From assembly GCA_016927395.1 (NCBI GenBank), contig JAFGMU010000009.1, forward strand, positions 1-49,617: a stretch of 49,617 nt of DNA, written 5' to 3'. This stretch comes from Alphaproteobacteria bacterium (GTDB lineage Bacteria > Pseudomonadota > Alphaproteobacteria > Rs-D84). The number at the start of each line of letters is the position of its first letter. Within the stretch, counting starts at the first letter, position 1. Both the position numbers and the translations under genes were made by a program. The notes under the pieces are model-generated. The model saw only the letters and a list, made by a program, of their open reading frames with translations. It was not told the DNA's origin and did no database searches. Shown piece after piece: positions 34,746 to 41,568 of the stretch.

Positions 34746-35009
34746 TTATATTTGTGGATCCAATGGATCAAGTATACCATCATCGCAAGTACAAGAAATT
34801 TCATCAAAAAACATTGGTGGACAATCTGGTTCGCAAGTACAAGTTGGAGAAGAATATTCGTATGTTAATTTGCATACGTTATTTATGCAATTTGTTTGTC
34901 CTATGCATAATGCGGTTCTTTCAAAGCAATCATATATAATTCCAGAAGGTGGGGCAAAAGCCTGTGATGCAAAAAATAAAACAAATAAAAAAGATAATAT
35001 TTTTTTCAT
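34746..35009 (-). CDS. small secreted cysteine-rich protein (87 aa)
   Basis: MKKILSFLFVLFFASQAFA signal. The mature part has 9 Cys (…CTCEPDCPP…CTCDDG). Its stop lies 2 nt before the start of the next Cys-rich gene. Confidence 0.65.
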   Translation of the reverse strand: MKKILSFLFVLFFASQAFAPPSGIIYDCFERTALCIGQTNCINNVCKLTYEYSSPTCTCEPDCPPMFFDEISCTCDDGILDPLDPQI

Positions 35010-35131
35010 GATGTTCACTGTTATGTACATTGGCATTATAGAAAGAAAATACATATTCTGTAAAGATTATTTTTATTCTTGGATTTATATAATTTATATT
35101 ATAAAATTGTTTGGTAGTTCAAGGATAAAAT

Positions 35132-35410
35132 ATGAAAAATAAATCGATAGTTTTATTGGCTTTGATTGTTTGCGCATGCAGCAATGTATCCAGTATAAAA
35201 TATGAAAATGATGGTGATGGTTGCACATACACTGAAACATATCGCCCCAGAAAGGTTTTTCCATTTGATTGGTTTGGAATAAATGACAAAGATGTAAAAA
35301 TACACTATGCAGGTACAACTTGTGAAAAAATGGTGGATAAAAATATAAAGAGCAGTATGTATGTTCCAGATACCGGAAAATCCGAAAAAGCAGATAATAA
35401 AAATAAATAA
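35132..35410 (+). CDS. lipoprotein (92 aa)
   Basis: MKNKSIVLLALIVCACSN lipobox, followed by the terminator at 35427-35454. Confidence 0.6.
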   Translation: MKNKSIVLLALIVCACSNVSSIKYENDGDGCTYTETYRPRKVFPFDWFGINDKDVKIHYAGTTCEKMVDKNIKSSMYVPDTGKSEKADNKNK

Positions 35411-35426
35411 TAAAACAAAAAATTAT

Positions 35427-35454
35427 AAAATCCCGCATTTTGCGGGATTTTTTA
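35427..35454 (+). terminator. intrinsic terminator
   Basis: aaAATCCCGCAttttGCGGGATTtttt. Confidence 0.8.
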
Positions 35455-35473
35455 TTTAACATAAGGAAAAAAA

Positions 35474-36694
35474 ATGAATAAAAATCTTTTACAACTTTAT
35501 AAAAAGGCATTAGATATGCGTGATCCGTGGTTGAATCGTTGGGATTCTGCACGACGTTATACCATGCCGACAACGGACGATGAAATTGCAACACTTTACG
35601 ATGCAACAGCGTCCGATGCAGTCGATAATTTGGCCGCCAGTATGTACACTTTATTAACACCACCCGAATCTGGTTGGTTAAATTTGGTTCGCGAAAGTGA
35701 TTTGTCACCAGATGCAGAAATCGCAACTAAAACATTACGTGCGCATTTAAACGATTCAAATTTTTATACAACAATTCATCAATGTTATTTGGATTTAGTT
35801 ATTTTTGGAACAGCTTGTTTATTTATGTCTGAAAATCCAATTGGTGCTGACAGTGCGTTTTCTTTCACAGCTATTCCTGTATCGGACATTGCAATATTGG
35901 GTGGTGCGATATTTCATACCACGTCAATGACCGCAGCCGAAGTAATGGAAAAATATCCAACATGGACACCACCTGCAAATTTACGTAGCTCTATTAAAAC
36001 TAATCCGCAAATACAATTAAAATTGGTGCAAAGCCTGGTTGGAAAAGAATTTACAGCTTGGTTAGATGTTGGTGGTGATATTGAAAATAATATAGTATCC
36101 CATGGTGTTTTTGAAACAAATCCATATATTATTTTCCGCTGGTCATTGGCCAGTGGTGAATTGTATGGTCGCAGTCCTGTGTTACGTGCTTTGCCCGATA
36201 TTAAAACTGCAAACAAAGTCGTAGAACTGGTTTTAAAAAATGCAACTATCGCAGTCAGTGGAATTTGGCAGGCTGATGACGACGGTGTTATAAATTTGTC
36301 GAATATTAACCTGACGCCGGGTGCAATAATTCCAAAAGCTGTTGGATCATCGGGATTAACACCATTGTCATCAGGTGCCGATTTTGATGTTTCACAGATA
36401 GTTTTGGGCGATTTACGCGACAGAATCAGACATACATTGCTGGCAGACAGATTGGGGTTTTTGTCTGAAAAAGAAATGACAGCAACAGAAATACTGGCAC
36501 GCAATGCAGATATGATGCGTGTTCTGGGCGCAACATATGGTCGTTTGTTGAATGAATTTATTAAACCAATGTGTGAACGTGGTTTGCAAATATTATCGCG
36601 TCGCGGATTGATTGAAAAAATATCTTTGCATTCGGACGCAGAATTAAAATACATGGCACCAATTGCACAAATGACTGGAAATACAATTTTGTAA
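35474..36694 (+). CDS. portal (head-tail connector), T7 gp8-like (short, 406 aa)
   Basis: GELYGRSPVLRALPDIKTANKVVELVLKN parallels T7 DGESYGRSYIEEYLGDLRSLENLQEAIVK. MTATEILARNADMMRVLGATYGRLLNEFIKPM parallels VTAEEIRYVASELEDTLGGVYSILSQELQLPL. Confidence 0.8.
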   Translation: MNKNLLQLYKKALDMRDPWLNRWDSARRYTMPTTDDEIATLYDATASDAVDNLAASMYTLLTPPESGWLNLVRESDLSPDAEIATKTLRAHLNDSNFYTTIHQCYLDLVIFGTACLFMSENPIGADSAFSFTAIPVSDIAILGGAIFHTTSMTAAEVMEKYPTWTPPANLRSSIKTNPQIQLKLVQSLVGKEFTAWLDVGGDIENNIVSHGVFETNPYIIFRWSLASGELYGRSPVLRALPDIKTANKVVELVLKNATIAVSGIWQADDDGVINLSNINLTPGAIIPKAVGSSGLTPLSSGADFDVSQIVLGDLRDRIRHTLLADRLGFLSEKEMTATEILARNADMMRVLGATYGRLLNEFIKPMCERGLQILSRRGLIEKISLHSDAELKYMAPIAQMTGNTIL

Positions 36695-36709
36695 CCAAGG
36701 AATATTTTT

Positions 36710-36904
36710 ATGAAAGCCGAAATAGAAAAAAATTATTTACGTTGTTTCAGTACACCGTCTGGTGCTGTTGTTTTGCAACATTTACGAGAAATTACAATTG
36801 AAAGATTTCTGGGACCAAATGCAACAGAATCAGAACTTAGAAGTCTGGAATCCCAACGTTCGCTTGTTCATCAGATTGAAAATTTAATTGAAAGGGGTAA
36901 ATAG
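36710..36904 (+). CDS. small phage protein (64 aa), Bbp19-like by recollection
   Basis: FSTPSGAVVLQHLREITIERFLGPNATESELRSLESQRSLVHQIENLI. Portal-adjacent position with a good SD. Confidence 0.45.
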   Translation: MKAEIEKNYLRCFSTPSGAVVLQHLREITIERFLGPNATESELRSLESQRSLVHQIENLIERGK

Positions 36905-36907
36905 AAT

Positions 36908-37165
36908 ATGTCAGAAAAACACGATGTTATTGGTGTATTGGAATTTTTACGCAGCAGTTGGTTTTTAATAGTTTTTATTGGTGGATTGATATACTGGGCT
37001 GCTAAACAAGACAGTTCATTATCAAATATAGAAAAAAGCGAAAACAGAATAACTGCATTAGAAAATAGAACAAGTTTATTGGAATCGGGTATAGGTCAAT
37101 TACAATTGAAAATAGACGGAATAAAAGAAGATTTAAACCTGATAAAAAGCGCAGTTATAAAATAA
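36908..37165 (+). CDS. i-spanin-like protein (N-terminal TM + coiled coil, 85 aa)
   Basis: WFLIVFIGGLIYWAA TM segment followed by heptad-rich ...ITALENRTSLLESGIGQLQLKIDGIKEDLNLIK. Confidence 0.4.
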   Translation: MSEKHDVIGVLEFLRSSWFLIVFIGGLIYWAAKQDSSLSNIEKSENRITALENRTSLLESGIGQLQLKIDGIKEDLNLIKSAVIK

Positions 37166-37286
37166 ACGCATATGAAATTAGTGCTTTTTAAGGACATATT
37201 GTTTGACTTAATATTGGGTTAACTATATAATAAAATTAGTTGTCCAAAAAGGATACATAAAACAATATTTAAAATAAGGAAAAAAA

Positions 37287-37493
37287 ATGAAAAAAATAAT
37301 TTTGTTAACTGCTTTAACAGTATCTTTGACAGGTTGTTACGTTTATAAAACTGAACATATTATGAAACCAGCGGGTAAAGAATGTTCTTATAATGTAAGT
37401 AAAATTGGTAATTCTATTGTTGGCTATTCAGAAAGTTCAAATTCTAATGAATTTCGTGCTGAAAAAGATTGTAAAGAATGGTTAAGAAAATAA
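37287..37493 (+). CDS. small lipoprotein (68 aa), o-spanin-like
   Basis: MKKIILLTALTVSLTGC lipobox. Short mature part with 2 further Cys. Confidence 0.45.
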   Translation: MKKIILLTALTVSLTGCYVYKTEHIMKPAGKECSYNVSKIGNSIVGYSESSNSNEFRAEKDCKEWLRK

Positions 37494-37500
37494 AATAATA

Positions 37501-37527
37501 AAAACCGGGCAGATTTGCCCGGTTTTT
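37501..37527. terminator. bidirectional terminator
   Basis: aaaACCGGGCagatttGCCCGGTtttt. Confidence 0.85.
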
Positions 37528-37528
37528 A

Positions 37529-37672
37529 TTATTTATTACAGCTATCAATAATTCTGGAAATTGATATGTCTTTGTGAAACAAAAAGCCATATTCACAATT
37601 GCCAGATTTATATGAACCTGTGCAAGCTGCCAATGTTAAAACAGCAAATAATACTAATAATAATTTTTTCAT
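37529..37672 (-). CDS. small lipoprotein (47 aa)
   Basis: Own translation MKKLLLVLFAVLTLAACTGSYKSGNCEYGFLFHKDISISRIIDSCNK. Lipobox LAAC. Confidence 0.4.
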   Translation of the reverse strand: MKKLLLVLFAVLTLAACTGSYKSGNCEYGFLFHKDISISRIIDSCNK

Positions 37673-37736
37673 CTATTTCTCCTTTTTTGCAATCAACACT
37701 TTAATTATAAGTCTAACAAATAGTTTTTCAATAAAT

Positions 37737-38093
37737 TTATATAGCGTTTTTGAACCAATTTATATGGTGACCACAAACAGTAATGACGTCAAATCTGGCG
37801 TCGCCAACCCAATGTTTTTTCATTATATAATTTTCAGCAGCACTTCGTAATCTGGCAATTTGTTGTTTGCTTATAGCATCAAAAGCAACTTCAATATTTT
37901 TTCGTTTTTTTACTTCTACAAAAATAATTAAATTTCCACGACGTGCAATTATATCAATTTCAGCGCGATTTGTATTTCGTCCTGTAATATATCTGGATTC
38001 TAAAATTTTAAAACCGTGAAATCGCAAAAACCACCGTGCCAGAAATTCCGAAACCAGACCATAATCATAAGAAGTTTTGTTTTTAGAAAGCAT
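37737..38093 (-). CDS. yraN: YraN-family (UPF0102) endonuclease
   Basis: GFKILESRY....AEIDIIARRGNLIIFVEVKKR...FDVI is the classic YraN pattern. Start set at MLSKNK. Confidence 0.8.
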   Translation of the reverse strand: MLSKNKTSYDYGLVSEFLARWFLRFHGFKILESRYITGRNTNRAEIDIIARRGNLIIFVEVKKRKNIEVAFDAISKQQIARLRSAAENYIMKKHWVGDARFDVITVCGHHINWFKNAI

Positions 38094-38865
38094 AGGGTTT
38101 TGCGCGGAAATTTTCACGTGCTTCTTGGACGTTCTTAGCAGCGTCGGAGGCATTTCTGCCCATATCCACCAAATCCAATGACCCATAATAAGCAGTCATC
38201 ATTGGATCATAAGCATTTCCAGATGAAATCCATTTATCATTTCCAGAATTCGGCGCACCGTATTTGTCCAAAACACCTTGCCAGAATGCCAATATTTTTT
38301 TCTGTCTTTGGTTTTCAAATTTTTCATCGGCGCCTTCAATATTATTCACATCATTATTATAAACGATGCGCCAAACCAGGTTATCTGTTGCATTACTGGT
38401 GAAATAAATATCAACTGTTTCACCGGTACTGTTCCGTTCCAGATGCAATTCAGATGCATACATCAATCCGCGGTTTGTTGCCAGCGTATTTATACATTTT
38501 TCCAATTGTGCAGGCGCATAGATTTTTTGTTGTCTGCATTCATAATCCAAGTTGTACTTCCAATCTTTGTGCATTGTATAAATTATACTATCTTTTTTTC
38601 TGGGAACATATAGAGACTTTGTTTTGAAGAACAAAGTTTGAACATCTTCGAATGGCATTCCCAACATTACCCCAGCAATATCAAATCCAGAAACATTAAC
38701 AGGTGCAGAATCCATATTCATAGATACTGGTGTTGTTGTAATATCTGCATTATCGCTGTCTTCGATTGCAAAATTTTTTAACGAAAATGGATCATCTTCT
38801 GCAAAAAGAATACCAATTGGCGCAAATGCAAAAACATAGAAAACAAATAATATTTTTTTAAGCAT
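38083..38865 (-). CDS. secreted hypothetical protein (260 aa)
   Basis: MLKKILFVFYVFAFAPIGILFA signal peptide. No motif. Confidence 0.6.
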   Translation of the reverse strand: MLKKILFVFYVFAFAPIGILFAEDDPFSLKNFAIEDSDNADITTTPVSMNMDSAPVNVSGFDIAGVMLGMPFEDVQTLFFKTKSLYVPRKKDSIIYTMHKDWKYNLDYECRQQKIYAPAQLEKCINTLATNRGLMYASELHLERNSTGETVDIYFTSNATDNLVWRIVYNNDVNNIEGADEKFENQRQKKILAFWQGVLDKYGAPNSGNDKWISSGNAYDPMMTAYYGSLDLVDMGRNASDAAKNVQEARENFRAKPYAF

Positions 38866-38875
38866 CTTGGTCTTA

Positions 38876-39514
38876 CTATCTCCGTACTTCATCAACTCTG
38901 AATTTGAAAATTGCCGCAGGGTCGCCGCCGCTATTCAAATATTTTTGAACATCAAATTTCGAACCGGCCCGTTTATCACGAACACCTTTTTCAAATACTA
39001 TTTTCAAATATATAATTCCATTTTCAACCTGCGGAGTCAAATTCATATCATTGGATTTACCCCAGGTTTTTAATTCATAATGTACTTCCCAATAATCGCC
39101 TTTTTTTATAATCTCGTCAACAACTGTTGCAGTACGCATACATTTTTTGTCTGATAATGTGTTGATTTCTTTTGCGACATTCTTTTTCCAGTCTTTGAAT
39201 ACGATTGGTCCAGACATTGCTGCCATTACACTGTCACTACGAGTACGCAAAGCAATATTTTCAACGTCTGGGTTCACATAAAAGTATTCGGTTATAAATT
39301 TTTTTATCAATTTTTCCCGAACGAATTTATCAGACAATTGGTCAATTGGAACAGGGTGTCCAATACGATCACTGGACAGATTATTTGGTTGGAAAACAAA
39401 AGCATCAATGTATCTGTCATTATTTGCATCAAACAATGCACCTGAAAAATAAAGTGCTGCGACTGATAACAACAAAATCATAATTCCAGAAAAAAACATA
39501 ATAATTTTTCGCAT
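38876..39514 (-). CDS. bitopic membrane protein, possibly VirB8/DotI-like (NTF2-type periplasmic domain)
   Basis: N-terminal TM, then KFVREKLIKKFITEYFYVNP...WEVHYELKTW. The layout resembles VirB8/IcmL proteins. Tentative. Confidence 0.3.
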   Translation of the reverse strand: MRKIIMFFSGIMILLLSVAALYFSGALFDANNDRYIDAFVFQPNNLSSDRIGHPVPIDQLSDKFVREKLIKKFITEYFYVNPDVENIALRTRSDSVMAAMSGPIVFKDWKKNVAKEINTLSDKKCMRTATVVDEIIKKGDYWEVHYELKTWGKSNDMNLTPQVENGIIYLKIVFEKGVRDKRAGSKFDVQKYLNSGGDPAAIFKFRVDEVRR

Positions 39515-40206
39515 CAGTCAATCCGATAAGAGTTAAAGTCAGCAACATAAAAACCCATTGTCTGCGGATAAAAGTTTTTGTTCCTTGCTACTTTCATAAA
39601 AATTTTTACATTAAAACGCCCAGCGATGTTTGAAACCAAATTTAAATTAACTTGCCATGTACCACCATTATCAGATATTTTTCCAGCAGGCATTATAGAT
39701 AATGACTTTTCATCGATTTGCCAAGTTTCGCCATTTTGAAATCGTTTTTTATAATCAGGTAAAATATCATAAGAAAATCTGGAATATAAATCTTCACTGA
39801 CACTACAATATATTGCACATGAACGTTCACCAAACATCAATGTATCGCCGGAAATACAAACATTACGATCACAGTCTTTCCATGCGTTTTCATTTTCCGA
39901 ATTATCTTTTGATATTTTGAACCAATCTTTTACAAAATTTCCAACAACAGATTCTTGCATTGTTCTTTGGGCAGGGTATTCCAAAGAAACAGGATTTTTG
40001 CCAACAATTTTCCATTCACCATTTTCACTGTTTGTAGAAATCATAAAAGGCTCTAATCGTTCAGAACGTGCAGACCATAGAAGAATTCCACACAAAAATA
40101 CGATTATAAAAAAAGCTACAAAAGTGCAAATAGCCATAAAGCGGGAAACAGCTATGCTTTTTCCCGCTGGATCCGCCGGTGTTTGAAAATTTCCCGGATA
40201 GTCCAA
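39514..40206 (-). CDS. bitopic membrane protein, possibly VirB8/DotI-like
   Basis: TTG start with SD aaggagag. One TM, then ...VVGNFVKDWFKIS...TWQVNLNLV. ATGA overlap with the downstream paralog-like ORF. Confidence 0.3.
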   Translation of the reverse strand: MDYPGNFQTPADPAGKSIAVSRFMAICTFVAFFIIVFLCGILLWSARSERLEPFMISTNSENGEWKIVGKNPVSLEYPAQRTMQESVVGNFVKDWFKISKDNSENENAWKDCDRNVCISGDTLMFGERSCAIYCSVSEDLYSRFSYDILPDYKKRFQNGETWQIDEKSLSIMPAGKISDNGGTWQVNLNLVSNIAGRFNVKIFMKVARNKNFYPQTMGFYVADFNSYRID

Positions 40207-40241
40207 CTATACTCTCCTTGTGACTAAATATAAAAATCTGA

Positions 40242-40391
40242 TTAAGCAGGCAAAACCATCATGCATGCACAAGGGCTTAATTTCAATTCATCATTGTCAT
40301 AACCAATACCAACTGGTTCACGATCATAAACCTGACCGCATCCGGCAAGTGCAATTATAACAAATAAACTTAAAACAATTTTCTTAAACAT
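40242..40391 (-). CDS. small lipoprotein (49 aa), VirB7-like by size and position
   Basis: Own translation MFKKIVLSLFVIIALAGCGQVYDREPVGIGYDNDELKLSPCACMMVLPA. SD ggtggaga. Confidence 0.4.
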   Translation of the reverse strand: MFKKIVLSLFVIIALAGCGQVYDREPVGIGYDNDELKLSPCACMMVLPA

Positions 40392-40566
40392 ATTCTCCAC
40401 CTTTCCTGGACAAGGAAATTATAGGAAAAATCCGCTGACCGCGTCAAGTTCAAAAGAAAAATATAAATTAAATAAATAATGTAAATTTATGTAAAACTTT
40501 TAATAAGTTGACAATATTTCAAAATAGGCTAATATAGGGATGCTAAAAAAACAAATCGAGGAGATT

Positions 40567-41544
40567 ATGACAGGCAGTACCAGCCCAATGGGCAACAAAG
40601 AAGTTTTAGAAAATATAAATGATAATTGTGAAGTTATAAAAGTTTACGATTCAAACAAATCAAATCAAATACATTTAGCCAACTTATATTATTTACATAA
40701 AAATCCACAAAGTTTGGGCACCATTTTCGGAATTCATGGTCACGGTGGCAGTCCGTATGATATCTCTTTGACCACAGTCGCAAAACAAGCGCCAGATTTT
40801 AATTTTAATTTTATTATGATAGAAAGTCTTGCTATGTCTATTACATATGATAACCCGATTAAAGGTGATTTTTATAAAATGAACCTGAGTAATCATAAAA
40901 AAGCAATAGCAAATGCATTGATTACCGCATACAAAAAAGATAAGTCTATTTATAGTGGATATAATATATCTGTGGCGCATTCAATGGGTGGTCGTGCAAT
41001 TACAGATTTGATATTGGATTCTTTGTTTATTCGTGAAATGTTTTCCGAATACACGTTTGTAAATCCATATTTTTTATCATTACAGAAACTTTTGGAAATG
41101 ATCGAAAAATATAAACAAAAAGATCCATCAGGAAAAAAATTGAAAGAATTTTTGGAAAGACAAAAAGTAAAAAAACGTAATATTAATGGAAGAAACTTTG
41201 AATATTCTATTTGTGCCGCGGATTTTAATATTTCCTTGCCAGATTTTTTATCGGTTTTTTGCAAAGATATCCATGGTCTGATGGGATCTATCTCTGACAA
41301 AATGCAGAAATGTTCAAACAGAAAAACAGTTAACTTTATGCTTGGAACGGCTGATGAAGAAGCTGATTGGAAACAAAGTGAATTGTTGTTTAATGAATTG
41401 CATTTTGAAAATTGCATAAAATACCTGTATGAAATAACAGGCGGTGACCATCATTTGGAAAATAGTATCAGTAATTATGTACCAGAAGTTCAAATTTTTC
41501 TGGAACGTGCCAGAAGAAATGCTTTCTTATACAAACATAAATAA
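40567..41544 (+). CDS. alpha/beta hydrolase
   Basis: GIHGHGGSP and nucleophile elbow AHSMGG. Start moved to MTGSTS (SD gaggag) because a TTGACA-N16-TAATAT promoter ends 4 nt before the track start. Confidence 0.7.
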   Translation: MTGSTSPMGNKEVLENINDNCEVIKVYDSNKSNQIHLANLYYLHKNPQSLGTIFGIHGHGGSPYDISLTTVAKQAPDFNFNFIMIESLAMSITYDNPIKGDFYKMNLSNHKKAIANALITAYKKDKSIYSGYNISVAHSMGGRAITDLILDSLFIREMFSEYTFVNPYFLSLQKLLEMIEKYKQKDPSGKKLKEFLERQKVKKRNINGRNFEYSICAADFNISLPDFLSVFCKDIHGLMGSISDKMQKCSNRKTVNFMLGTADEEADWKQSELLFNELHFENCIKYLYEITGGDHHLENSISNYVPEVQIFLERARRNAFLYKHK

Positions 41545-41568
41545 AAATGCGGCCAAGCCGCATTTTTA

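Larger units (their letters stand above)
23088..37493. mobile_element. T7-like (podovirus-type) structural/lysis gene cluster: prophage remnant or domesticated GTA-like element
   Basis: Contiguous endolysin, holin, scaffold, capsid, tubular A/B, fibre, terminase, portal and spanin-like ORFs, bounded by birA and yraN. No integrase or replication genes apart from the inserted dnaB block. Confidence 0.75.

Noticed and set aside
35094-35726. 210-aa minus-strand ORF
   Set aside because: It overlaps the lipoprotein gene, a terminator and the portal start in antisense, and has no SD.
35914-36654. 246-aa minus-strand ORF inside the portal gene, and similar long antisense ORFs (e.g. 11868-12266, 20382-20780, 40950-41417)
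   Set aside because: These are shadows of well-supported genes on the other strand.
37208-37223. CtrA-box-like TTAA-N7-TTAAC upstream of the o-spanin-like lipoprotein gene
   Set aside because: In ~33% GC DNA, TTAA-N7-TTAA is expected several times per 50 kb by chance (my rough estimate is about 8). A single hit is not evidence.
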